NCBI RefSeq assembly: GCF_002571385.2
Contig: NW_019217887.1
Coordinates: forward strand, 415,010 to 479,009
Reading direction: 5' to 3'
DNA from: Stylophora pistillata
Lineage: Eukaryota
DNA: 64,000 nt
Shown in pieces: positions 23,013 through 36,071 of the stretch (position 1 is the stretch's first letter; each line of letters opens with the position of its first letter). A program made the position numbers and the translations under genes. Under the pieces are notes generated by a model. The model ran no database searches and was not told where the DNA came from. It saw only the letters and a program-made list of their open reading frames with translations.

Positions 23013-26000
23013 ATGGTTTCTCCTTCTTTTACCGTCACTGCCCCGGGAAAGATAATCCTTCATGGAGAACATGCAGTTGTTTATGGAAAGGTAGGTAGTT
23101 TTAAGCGTATCATCTTGGGCAAAGTGTGATTTGAATGAACCGGTCCAGGGGCGAATTGATGGTCACTTTCTCCTCCTTTTTAGAAAGCCGTTGCAGCAGC
23201 TATTGGGTTGAAAACGACACTCCAATTAGAAGCAACCAACGACGGACAGTTTACACTTAACTTGTTGAGTTTTGGGACAACCTGCAGATGGAAAGCCGAG
23301 GAGCTGCGACAAGACGTTAAAAGACTTAGTAAGTGCTATATTCTTAGTACAGAGTGAACTGTATTCTGTTATTGAATGTCTTGAAACTCAAATCGACGCA
23401 AATCAATCTTGCAATCCCGTGGTCACGGGCTCTGAGAACTTTACACTCTCTGCTATAAACCACTAGGGTGAGACTGTCTGAGATGGTTAAGGGTGGGGGT
23501 GGAGGGGGGATACTTGGTGGCCTATTAATGGCTTTGCAGGGCTCCAGATCAAATATTATGGGCTGAAGGCTCGGCTGGGTCATTATGTTGAGTTCTCTGG
23601 GAAGGTACAGTCATACCTGTATTAAGCAGTCATCCACAGGGAATGGTGGGGTGACTGCTCAATACAGTTTTCACAAAATAGGGGTATTGGATGAACTGTA
23701 AAAAATGCAATTTTGTTCCCTGATTGATAATAACAATAATAATAATAATAATAATAATAATTTATTTCTTATATAGCGCTACTTACAATAACAGATCAAT
23801 AGCGCTTTACAACTGATATCTCTAAATATTAAAATCTCATCTAATTAAAAAATAAATAGATAAATAAATAATAATTACATATTACAGTTAAATTGGCTAT
23901 ATAGGATTCATAATTTATCTACCATTAAAAGGTTTGCCTAAAAAGAAAAGTCTTAATTGAATTCTTAAAAATTTCTACAGATCGAATATTGCGTAGTTGC
24001 AATGGAAGCTCATTCCATAGATGCGGTGCAGCTGCCTGAAATGCACGTTTACCCAGGGTTGCCATCATTTTGCCTCTAGGTGGCTCTAATAAAATACCTG
24101 AGTTAGATCTAAGATTGTACAAGGACTTGCGTTTGATAACTAAAAGATTGCTAATATATGCGGGTGCGAGGCCATGGATGGCTTTAAAAGTTAATAATAG
24201 GATCTTAAAGTGTATACGCACTAGTACTGGTAACCAGTGTAACTCATAGAGTACTGGAGTAATGTGAGAATACTTCCCGATATCCATAATTAGTCTGGCG
24301 GCAGCATTTTGCATGCGTTGTAACTTAGCTATTTGCTCTTTGGGAAGGCCATACAATAAAGCATTACAGTAATGTAACCTACTCGTGATGAATGCGTGTA
24401 CCAAAGTGAGTAAGCTGTCTCTCGATAAATACTTCTTAATGCGTCTAATATTATGCAAGTAGAAAATACCGCCCTTACATACATTAGTAATATGGTGGCG
24501 CATATTCAGGTTTGGATCAAGCCAGCTCCCAAGGTTCTTAACTTGGTGGCTAGATTTTATCTCTGAACCACCTACATTGACCACTTAATGTACAAAAAAT
24601 TCTCAAAAACACTACCTGAATTGATTTCAGGAGATAAATGTGGATTGACCATACTCAAAAGCCTTAGTTTTATTTGTGTGGTTCCACTTTGGGTGACTCT
24701 TTAATATAGGTGGAAGACAATAGAAACAGGCCATTGGGGACTCAGTAAAGGGTGACCACAATGGTTTAGTTGGAATAACTGCTTAATAGAGATGAATTTA
24801 CAGTGTTGAAAAGGAAAACATTTTAAGACTTTTGAAAACTGACCACTTAATACAGGGTGACTGATCAATAAAGTGTGGCTTAATACATGTCATGAGGCCT
24901 TAAGTGCCACATGGCATGAAGAAGATAGCACGTAGCACCTAAAACAAGTCAAACTGTTGTTGTTCATATGGTGCTTCTCTTTAAGCCACTCAACTCATAA
25001 AATTTTTTCTTTAGTGTGTCTATGAAATAATCATTCTGAAAGACTTAAGTGGGTAGATATCAAAACATTACCCAAAAGTCAGTCGATGTTTAGTTTAGTT
25101 TAGTTTATTAGCTTCGCCGACAGGCAGGGACACCGCAACAGCTTGCGCCAATTACTGCGGGCCCAGTAAACCCACCCATCCCAGCCCAGGGGAGGACATC
25201 CATCACACAGTAATCTCGTGCGTGGGAAATTAACGTCTCCTACCCCTAACCCTGCAGGAGACGCGACCTCCATTTATTCGTCCCTATCCGAGAAGACTAG
25301 AATATGTAACCATTTCTTGATGTTATAGAAAGGCAGCATATTCTTTTCAGTTATATTAAGACCTTGAGTGTTAGTCTGGCCAGCACTCGAACCCTTGACC
25401 TCCCGCACAACAGTCCAGCGCTCTATCGATTGAGCTAGCCGGGAGGCGGATGTTCTATTCTCAGAACTGATAAATGATTGTCATTACTTTTGAGACTGTG
25501 GTCTGAAACACCATGCCATTTAGTATTCTGTGTTCAGCATCACATCATCAAAATCCTACTTATGTTTAAATGAAGGAGTAATTTACTTTATATATAATTA
25601 TATATTTGTCCTGTTGGATTGCCTCTAGAGTCCATTTAGAGTCATCCAGGCTTTTTGGGGACCAGGTGAATTGTAAATGGTGGAGTGAGTGTGCCCATTG
25701 CACTTTTTGCATGATGATAGTTGTTCAGTTATCTTCTAACACATTGCTAGGAAGGAGAGTTTGTTAATTAATTCCTCTACATCCCAGCTACAGATGGGTC
25801 ATGTTGGCCTCAGGAGGGAAGAGAGCTGTTCAATAAGTCTTCTGAACAATCTGAGGTCAAAGTAGTGGATAAGAGAGCCATCAATGATGCAATTAGAGTG
25901 TTTATTTTCCTCATTGGCAAGTTTGTTGAGGAAATTGACAGGTATGCTCGGATAATGTTTATGCTCAATGGACCTTAAATGTAATGGTAATTACATTTAC

Positions 26001-29000
26001 ATAAGTTTATGGAAAAAGCAATAAACTTACCGTTGATTAATATAACAACCTTTCTAAAAAACTTTGGAAAGTAAGAGAAAGCCTCAACTATTCTTGTGTG
26101 TGAGAGTGTGCCCATACTTAACATGGTTGAAATTATGTAGTCAGTCTTTGTGATGCAATATGAGCAAATGAAAGTTGTCTTCTTGTAGGATAATTTCCTA
26201 GAGGATGTGTGGCATTACTATTCAGAACATTTTACAGTTAAGACAAAAGTTGATTATTAGGGATACAGTGAGCAATTTAACCCTTCCACTTCCAAGATCT
26301 TAATAGTAATTCTCCTTTCTGTCTTCCATAAAATTCTTTTGATGTTATTTTGGAGATTCTGGAGTTGGATCAACTAATAATCCCCTAATTGATACTTTTC
26401 TTTATTCTCATCACCTGTCTGCTTGATATTGTAAGGAGAAATTCTGGCTTGGTCACTCATGGGAGTTAGAGAGTCATAATTTGCTCAATAGTTTGCTCTA
26501 AAATCCAAACTTTTGTGCAAATCAATTGTCCTCTTTTGAAGGGTTCCTTCATTCTCAGTGGAAGTGAGCACATCCATTCCAGTTGGAGCTGGTTTGGGAT
26601 CATCAGCATCATACTGCGTTTGCCTTTCCACAGCCCTTCTCGCAGTAGCAGGGAAGGTTTCACAACCTTCAATGATGAGGTCCATACCAGGTGATGAGAG
26701 AGAGCTATGCCGAGATGAAATGGCATCTCTGTCTAGGGAAGACCTGGAGTTAATTCATATGTGGAGTTTAGAAGCAGAAAAGCTTGTTCACGGAAAGCCA
26801 TCTGGAATTGACAACTCAGTTTGTACATATGGTAGGTAGATAAGAAACACATTTTGATGTTTTTGTGTTGCTAGTAAGAATAATTGTACAGCAGGTAGTC
26901 CTTCTCTCTTTCCACCCAGCTTACCATGCAACGTTATGTAAGATTAACATTTATGAGTGACTAGCAACTAGTTTCTCCTTACAATGTCAGCCCCAAATCA
27001 CACATTAAGGTCATGAGAATAAAGGAAATGATCACCAACTAAAGAAGCTCTTAACTGTTGAGAAAATTCTCCTTGTCTGCACCTCAGAAAATGGAGAATA
27101 ATTATAAGAAGGGGTTGGCCAGCCTGCAGTGCAGGTGGATTCTGGCAGGGTGAGTGGATATTTCCATTGGTTATTCAAGCCGCCATCTTGAATTAGAAAA
27201 TCAGTGGAGAGTTGGGGTGAGGTAAAAAGTTAACCAAGCTTCCCTGTCCCCCCACCCACTCCAACATTCTCACTTTCTCACCCCAATTCTCCCCGTCTGC
27301 AGCAAATCCAACATGGCGACTAAACACTCGAAAGATGAAAACCACCAAAACTGCCGGCACTGCAGGCTAGGGGTTGGCAGAAGACAACCCTTTAATGGCT
27401 TATTTTTAAGTCCTTTGATTATTAGTTGATTGTTTGTTTTCAGGAGCTGTTCTCACATTCAAAGATGGAACTATTGAGCACTTGGCAAAGTACTTAAGTA
27501 TATGAAATACTTTTAAAACCAAATAATTGTCGACAAAATCATTCAAATTACAGGTTTGATCATTGGTGGGTGGGCATTGGTGGGTGGGCTATGGCATTTG
27601 TAGATAGCTACTCTCACTTCATTTTGCAGACTAATTAAAATTGCTTCTTATTCAAGATTTTATTTATGTACCATAGAATTCCACAGCTCAGGGTCTTGAT
27701 CACAGACACAAAGGTACCTCGCAGCACAAAGGACTTAGTGGCAGGCCTTAGGGACAGATGTCAACAGGTGAAGTTATATAAACTGGCCACTGAAATTTTC
27801 TAAGCTGGCGTTGTTTATTGCACCAATTGTGTTTCCTGACTTGAAGGCTAGCTAAACTAGTCCCTGACAGAACAATTTTCCAAAGGGAACCAAAGCTATT
27901 GTGAAAATGTAATATTTTCAATCACTCCTTTTTTTAAAAAAATCTCCAGCTTCCTTCTGTGTACAATCCCCTGTTTGATGCTGTTGGTGCTGTTGCAGAA
28001 GAGAGCTGTGTCTATCTTGAGAAGCTGTATCAAATCCAAGGTATGTATTCTCAACAGTTTTTGTTTTAAGTTTATAATGTGTATCAAAAGTGGACCTGGT
28101 ACAACTCAGGTGTAGATGGAATTTTCACTATATAGGTAGGTAAATTCTGTACTCTAGCCTATTGGTTAATCCAGCAGGAGCTTATCCTGGTTTCCAAGCA
28201 GCAGGAAGCCACTAAGAGTGTTACTTCTCCCCCCTACATGGGATGCAAGTTCATTGCAAGGTTACCCCTTGGCATTTCATCAGGCTTCCTTGATAATTTG
28301 CCAGTACCTATTTATGCTCGTGGGTGAAATTGGCACTGTGAGAGTAAAATGTTTAGCCCAAGAACACATCACATGACCTGGCTATGTCGTGAACCCAGAC
28401 CTCTCAACCCAGAGTCCAGTACAATGACCACAAGACCACAGTGTCTCACACATAGATAAATTAGGTAGAGAGGTTTCATATCAGAGATGGTCACTATTGA
28501 CCACTAGACTGTTTCTTTTTGTAGCCGTATCACCATCGGCAAAAGAAAACCTTCAAGAGCAGTATTATATGTTGGAGGTACATATGTTTTTCTTCATTGT
28601 ATCACCATACTGTCACTACTGTGCTGGCTATCTAATTGACAAGTTTGCTTTACTTGTATTACGATGGAATGGAAAAGAGAACTTTTTTAACCAAATATGC
28701 GTTTCCAGCCTACATTTGAGATACATCTTGCTCGAAAATGGGAGGTAAGAAGGAGATGCCCCAAACCAACAACGCGGTTAAACGTTTGCACATGTGCAAA
28801 CTTTTGGTGGTGTGCCTTCAGGTTGTCAGAACCGAGTTGTCGCACTGGAGTTACAAACAAACACACAAGCAAGCAGGTCGTGGTGTTTGAAAACCGTATA
28901 ACTTTTTTGTGAAAGTTCAAAACAAAATGGTAAATCGGCGTGAACCTGTAATTTATTAAGCTTGTGTAAAGAAAGACTTCAATTTCCTTTTCTCTATTTT

Positions 29001-31060
29001 TGTTGCTTTTTTTTTCTTGTCATATTTAGCGTGACAGCTGTTGTTTCTTGTCTTTGCGTTTGTAATTTTGCGCGGGAAATTGGCCCGCAGCCACCCTAAA
29101 ATGACCCTCCTGCATATGCTCCATGTTTGACCGCAGTGTTCCCCAAGCCTCCCCCCTTTCCCCGCTCTGTGCCAATGTTGCGCCATGTGTACTGAAACGC
29201 TAGAACAGAGTATTTCTACGCTTGAAGAGTTAGGTCGTTGTTGAATAAGGAAAATAACGTTAGGCGAGAAAAGAAATTATCATGTTTGTCTGCTTATCCG
29301 TTTATTTTGTTTATGTTGGTTATTTTGAACGCAGAAACTTATTGACTTGAACCAACAGTTGCTTGTGACATTAGGAGTAAGTCACACTTCATTGGACCAG
29401 GTGTGTCGCGTGACTGCTAGACACGGTTTGCACTCCAAGTTGACTGGGGCAGGCGGTGGAGGGTGTACCTACACACTTGTCACGCCAGGTATACGGTTGT
29501 CATCTTAGATATACTTTTGTCATGCTAATTTAGTTCGTTGGTACAGAGAAAGCACAGGCTTTATACAAGGTGAAATTACGCCACACAAGTTTTTCACGTG
29601 TTTTTCCATTTATTTGTTCTGACTTCTTTTTAGTGGTTCGATTACGCCGTTCCAATGCTAAGAAAAACGTTCCAATGTTAAAGAAAAACGTTGTCCTTCC
29701 TAACATGGGCTGAAGAAAATCGTAGGCTCTCTATTTTAAGCTCATATTGTGTCTCGGTATTCTTCGAAGTATTGCATATGATCTTTTGTTGGTCAAGACA
29801 TTTCACGTACCTCTTACGAAGTTTACACTTTACCCTTAAACCCCCATTACTGACCAAGACAGAATCTCTCCTCGCAATAGCAATACACTATCAAACAGAC
29901 AGGTGAAGGCAGTAAAGAAAAATATAAATAAGGGGATTGTTGGTCGATCCAATTCTCCGAACTAAGATCGTAAGAATTGTATAGCAGACAGTAAGGAGAA
30001 TTACTAATGCGATCTTGGATATGAAAGGGTTCAGGTGGCTTCTATCTTTTTATGGAGTGTTAAATTTCTAAAACTTTTTCTCTGGTTTTCTTTTTTTTCT
30101 TTCTTTTCTATATGATTTACAAATTTGTTATGGATCCAGACAAAAAGGGGCTTCTTCGAAGAGACTTTTGTTCAGGACTTAAGGTCGGCACACACGAGGG
30201 GACTAGTCCCTGCGACTAGTCCGTGCGACTAGTCCCGGCGACAAGTCTTTGAAGGGTTTACACGAGGGGACCNTTTTTTATTTTATTTTTAACAGACACA
30301 GTCAAATAGGGTAAAAATTCCATCAAAACGGCTCCAAGACATCTGTATATGTTTACAAAACTAGAGATAGTTTTTTATTCTTCAGTTGTAGAAATCTAGA
30401 GGTCAGGGAAAATTCATCATTAGAAACTGCAATGTTTACAAATACCGGAAGTCACGCATCATACTGACACGTGATTGGCTTATTTACCGTTTAGTCGCAG
30501 GTACTGGTCGCACAAACAGTTCACACGAGGAGACAAACATTTGTTTCATGCGACCAGTCGCAGAGACCAAATTTTGGTTCCTGCGACCACAGAAATGTGT
30601 AGTTCACACGAAGGGACTAGTCGCATGAAACTGGTCGCTGGGACTAGTCGCAGGGACTAGTCCCCTCGTGTGTGCCGACCTTTATAGATTGCTGTTCATT
30701 TGAACTCCAAATGTTTCAGGACAGTTTCGAGTCAGACACTTCAGAAACTTTTTCTTTAGGCTGCGAGCAGTACATCCTTTTCGGCGATATCCGTCGCGCG
30801 AGTCGAAAAGAATTAGCGTTACAAAATTTATGTTAGCGCGTCGCATGGAACTCTGGAAGGGAAGTGCACGAAAAGAAGAACTGCTCTCAGTTTCAGTTTT
30901 GGTACGTGTTTTGGTTCACTTTTACACAGGTACCAGCGAACTATCCGTGACTTCAGTCACTGAAGAACTGACCGCCATGGGTTTTGATGTTTGGGACACT
31001 TGTCTTGGCGCGCAGGGTGTTACCCTCTCGCGCACCCCACTCACGCATCCCTCGCAATAG
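23013..31060 (+). CDS. MVK: Mevalonate kinase (GHMP family), 10 coding exons
   Basis: Exons 23013-23090, 23184-23328, 25788-25941, 26542-26831, 27444-27489, 27677-27767, 27950-28040, 28525-28577, 29335-29488, 30930-31060. Motifs [56 protein letters not shown]. Confidence 0.95.
23725..24584 (-). mobile_element. 5'-truncated LINE (L2/CR1-like) in MVK intron 2
   Basis: ORF 24584-23925: [46 protein letters not shown], followed by a (TAT)n tail; inserted in a tacagtcatacctgtattaag-type MITE. Confidence 0.9.
25091..25448 (-). mobile_element. tRNA-derived SINE with (TAAAC)n tail and 6-bp TSD
   Basis: Minus strand head ctagctcaatcgatagagcg..ggttcgagt; 3' hairpin ccgcag..ttgcgg; gatgtt at 25085-25090 and 25449-25454. 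Confidence 0.8.
27120..27369. mobile_element. Academ-like MITE, 9-bp TSD
   Basis: (c)agcctgcagtgc ... gcactgcaggcta; ggggttggc at 27111-27119 and 27370-27378. Confidence 0.75.
28137..28452 (-). mobile_element. Degenerate tRNA-derived SINE
   Basis: Minus strand gtggtcttgtggtc..ctgggttcacgac..gtgttcttgggc..actctcacagtgcc; fragments of the same family at about 19220-19405 and 60975-61165. Confidence 0.6.
30182..30681. mobile_element. PIF/Harbinger-like MITE, TTA TSD
   Basis: TIR aggtcggcacacacgaggggactagtccctgcgactagtcc (about 40 bp) at both ends; tta at 30179-30181 and 30682-30684; repeated GACTAGTC palindromes. Confidence 0.85.
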
Positions 31061-31793
31061 GTGAGTCTTTCTCGCTTTTCAGTCAATGAGGATAATAATG
31101 TTGATATATAAGTAACTTTATTCTTCTGTAAATGGTGTTAGCGAATGTGAAATATACATTAAAGCGAGCGCTAAAACCATAAGGTTTAAGGCCGAAATAT
31201 TACTTAGCTTTCAAGCTAGTGAATTAGTCATTCAAAAAATACGCGCTTTGCCGAAGCCTGTTAGCTTGTTATCAAATAATATGTTTTGTTCTTCGCCAAA
31301 TTTCCCGCACTTGATTCAGATCAGATATGTACAACAAGCAGCCATTTTTTTAGTGGGTTTCAATAAATAGAGGTACATTTCTTATGTGATTTCAGTCAAG
31401 TAATTGATAATAATAGTTTTTCTTGCCTGCATTTTTCATCATTATACTACATGGCATCTAATATGCACTGATGAAAAAATTTAAGGCCCTCGTTCTCCCA
31501 AGCAGACCGCCTTATCTCTAGTTATCTTTGTGCAGTTCTTTGAGGCAGAATCATTCGAACTTTCTTAACTTCTTAGAAATACCCTGAAAGCTATCTCTCG
31601 ACATCACTGTCTTCGTTTTGTGCCCTGTAATAGCGACCTTCAACTTCTCTCCAACTTGCGGTCATTCACACCGTCAGAATTAAGATGTTTCCTCAGTCGA
31701 TTGGAAGTCCTGGCAGGAACTCTGGTGTGTTCTCGGCAATTTGACCCAGGTCAGCGGCCTTACACAGAAGTAGTCACATCCGGGCACCACAGC

Positions 31794-34700
31794 TTATCGC
31801 GCCGCCCTCAGCCAGCCAACCACTGCGTCCCACTCTCCTCTTAGATCTTGGGACAATTCGTTGATTGTTGCAACAGTTACAAACATGAAGACCAACTTGA
31901 GGAATTTCACCACACTTTGTGATATGCTGGTGGGCGTTTTATTTCTTCTTCCCACGTGTGGGAACATCTCGTTACTGTACGTGTCTTCGATGGTCTTTTT
32001 GGCTCCGGACCAGGCCCCAGGTCCCATAAGGCGGTATTGGGCCGCACAGCAAGGTCCAAAATAGCACTTGAAGGCCAGGAGAGGGTCTCTGAAAAAGAGT
32101 CTTCTGAAGTCTGGTTTACAGCCAATCATTTCCGCTAGTTGGTCCTTGTACGGAATACTGGATACCTGGAAAAATAAAAGAGAGAGATAAAGTTTTGTGA
32201 GAATTTTATCTTTGAAAAAAGAGTAACAGATTTTATGAACACTTATCACAGAAAAGGGTCGAAAGTAGGGTAACCAAACGTATTCACTGTTAATTTAGGG
32301 GCATTTTCAAAAGGCAACGATTTTTATCTTGATTTTACTAAATTCTTTCAATTTATTAGCTACAAAAGGTGGCATGGAGACCTAGTTAACCAATGTTGAG
32401 ATTTGAAAGAGACCAGAGGAATGGAGAAGCCTCCCTAAGGTAATTTCGAGTCTACAATGGGACGATTTTTTCATACCTGGATAGTGAGCCTCCTTGACGA
32501 GTAAAAAGTTTTCCTGATCATTCTTTTCTCCAGACCTATGTTGTACAACATGACTTCTCTGCTGGGTAGCTTAGCCTTCCCATTGAACACGCGGGTCACC
32601 CAGCGTGCCTGCAACTCAGCCGCGGGAAAGAACGCGCCAGAGGACTGGATCAGACCTAGGAAAGCCAAGGTTGACTTGGGGTGGTGGGGTGGGAACACTT
32701 GTTTGTATAGGGATACTTGGTTCTCGTCGACTGGAAGGATGTATTTGTCTTTTAGAAACTCGAACCCGATGTCGTACCCAGTGCACATTATCACAATATC
32801 CAGGTTATCGACTTTCGTGCCGTCGGTGAAAACGACGCCTCTTGATGTGAAATAAGACACCCTAGGCTGCAGTTTGATAGTTCCAGTGGCAATACGAAGG
32901 GGGAGGTCGTCACTAATTACCGTAGGGGCATTCAAAATACCGTGTTGGGGACGGAGTCCGTACGTCTCGTGGTCAAACCTTTTCTGAGCGGTGCGAACAG
33001 CTAGCCATTCTTTGATCTTGGTCGGAAAGCTTTGAAAGAACCTCGTTTCCACGTGCTGGTCCCAGGGCAGTCCATGCTTCTCCAGGCGTGAAATTACCCA
33101 GGCTCCCCTGTGGGTACTGAGGTAAACCCGAGTGGTGTGCCGGCTCAGTTCGACCGCAATATCAGCAGCAGAGTTTCCGAGACCTGCAAATAAAAAGCAC
33201 CAATCAATACTTTTACGTCTAGGAGATCTGTAATTATTATTTAAGATACATATGGACCATTAAGGACTTTATTCATCTAAGGAGTCACTTTACTTGTAAA
33301 ATGCATGTCATAGTTCTTGAGAAAACCTACTTCCAAGTGAGGAATGCATTATAAACTGTAACTCTTAAATCAGTATTAATTTTACTGAACTTAAAACATT
33401 TCATGAAAAAATTTAAGCCGATTCATAGGTGTTACTACTTATCCTGCGTTCAGTTTCCACGATTCAGTTGCTATGTGCACAATTACAAAGATAAATTATA
33501 CTTTATGTAGTAAGAGGAAATTTCCAAGGTGAAATGCTTATCTATATTGCTCTCGAGTCTACAAGTTTGTCTGAATCGTTCTCCCCTGGTGACTCGGTGA
33601 TAAGTGCGTCGTTTTCCTCGTGATATAGGCGGTAATATAGGCCACCAGATAACGATCGGTCGACTAGGGCTAAAGCTAATGAGCTTTAACCAATTTAACC
33701 ACAGAATAAGGAAAATTACTCCACTTGTCTTGAGTTCAGTTTATCAAGGAGCCCGTGGCCGTTATGTTAATATAATTCTCCTTATGAGGAATATACATGG
33801 TCATCATAAATATTATCAGCCTCGGGCTTTGGGGTCAATTTCGACAATCTAAGGAAATCCATATTTCTATCAAAAATGTTGGCTGATAATGTTTCACACA
33901 GTCTGTAAGAATAACCAGTCTTCGATTATTTAACGCTTAGGAAATTCATTTAAAGTTTTTGAACACGATTTTATTACTTGATATTAATTGGTATTTGCTT
34001 GTTATTTATGTAACTAACTCATTTTCACTTAACACTCCCGTAAACTCTCCTAGCATGATAAATAATGCGCTAAACTTTTTTTTCGAGAAAATTCGCCGAG
34101 GTGTTTCGCTAATCCTTTAGTGAGTACAGTTTTGTGTTGATGAAAAAGTTACCGCACTATTCCGAAATCGAGGGAAAATTTAAAATAATTCTGCGGTGTT
34201 GTGGATCGAAAAGCCAGTATCTAGGCGATCATTTGAAGAATGCGAGCAATTCTTTAGTTTTGAATACAGTTTGTTGTCCGCAGAATGATAATTGATAATC
34301 TGTCGCTTCAAGCCGAGTGTAAGGTTAGGGAAATTTGTACTCTTTGATATCAATATTTTTAATAAACGCTTCCAAGTGTCTTCACTCCCTAAATACGGGT
34401 TACAATAGTGGTTTTCTCTTATTCTTTTTTACTACATTCGCAGTAAACCACAATTTGGTCGAAAATCAAAGTGTGTGCCATTCGAACACCATGTGGGTGT
34501 CTTTAGTGATCTGTTTCGTTAAGTTTGCCACACTCACTTTGCACTTCATTGCGGTCTCTATTTCCTTACAATGTCCATCTCCCCCCCACAGTGAGAAAAA
34601 AGGGTGCTGCCAAATTGCCCTTATGACAGTTAACTCCAACTGCTGCTATGCCTAGATAATCTACAAGCAAATTTGGCTTGAATATTCAAGTGGTTTTCCC

Positions 34701-36071
34701 TTAACTTAAAATCAAAATTGCTTTGTTTAAGAACGACAAAGCTAATTTGGAGGCGTATTGAATTTGTACTTTGTGGTATTGCGTCAAGATAGCACCGCAT
34801 TAGTTCTTTATTGGCGTTGGTCGCTATGGTGGTTGTATTGGTTCTTTGGCTTTTTCAATCAGTGTTTTTGTTAACGTGTTACTGAGGACTTCATTGAAGA
34901 TTCTTTGCTTCACTGTTGTGAAAATAAAGCCATCAAAACCCCATTGACATCTTGGCGTAATTAACTAATTATGAAGTAATGAAAATTGAGTTAACGATGG
35001 CGATCTGAGAACGCGGAAAAATCTCCTTACTCATTACACAATGTTATTCAATTTGTTGGAATTTTAAGCGTACATGCGTAGACTCGAACACTTCCTTGTT
35101 CTTTCTGGTGTAGATTCTTGTTACGTAATTTTAACGCAAGCAGAGTAACTAAAACTATACCTATGTTATTATTATGTAAAGGAAAGTGTTTGCGAAGGAA
35201 ATATCCCTTTGCCTTGAAACTCGTTTGAAAAAATTTACCATTCACTCTGCAAGTCATCTCTCATCTAAGCTGAGGCTTTTATGGCTACACGAGAAAAGAA
35301 ACCCAAACAAAAATCGAATTTCGTCAAGTATATAGTTGAGAGAAAACTTACCGTCCAGTTTCCTCGCAATTCTTATAACCTGGTGAAATCAAAAAGTGTT
35401 TACTTATGGAAACAGTGTGAGCAGGGATAAACTCTTCAAATGGGATTTCCGGTAATTAGCAAGCGTTCACAGTATTTGGAATTCCAGAAGAAAAACTTAC
35501 CTATGACTAGAACCGCTTTGCCTTCAAATCCTCGATAACTTTTGTACTCATGGCTGTGGAGTTTGCGTCCCCGAAATTTCTCTAGTCCGTTGAATTTGGG
35601 GATGAATGGCTTCGAGAGGTGACCGTTGCAAATCATTACGCCGCCGAAAATAGTTTCGCTGACAATTCCCTCGCCATTCGCGGAAGTCACTTTCCACTGT
35701 CCTGTTTTCTGGTGGTCTGAAGTTCGGCTGATGTCCAGCACTGTAGCACTGAAGTGAATGTGTTTGAGGAGGTCAAACTGCTTTGCATACATGTGTAGGT
35801 ACTCTATCACATGGCCATGAGGCATAAATGGCGGAAAATGCTTTGGTGCTGGAAAATCTGAAAAGCAGGTCATTTCTTTGCTGGTGTTAATAACTGTAGA
35901 TTCATAAACAGAGCCGCTTGAATCGCCCACATGTTGGGAAAATTTCCAGAGTCCCCCGATGTCGGAGCATTTCTCAAAGCAAACTGGCTCGAGCCCTTCG
36001 TCCAAACAACATTTGATGGAAGTTAATCCGCTCACCCCTGCTCCAATGATGGCGATTTTCATGGCTTGCAT
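31794..36071 (-). CDS. Flavin-containing monooxygenase, paralogue A (FMO5-like), 3 exons
   Basis: Exons 36071-35501, 33183-32477, 32165-31794. FAD motif GAGVSG, NTSKEM, FMO fingerprint FRGRKLHSHEYK, NADPH motif GLGNSA, CTGY, QYRLMGPGAW. Confidence 0.93.
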
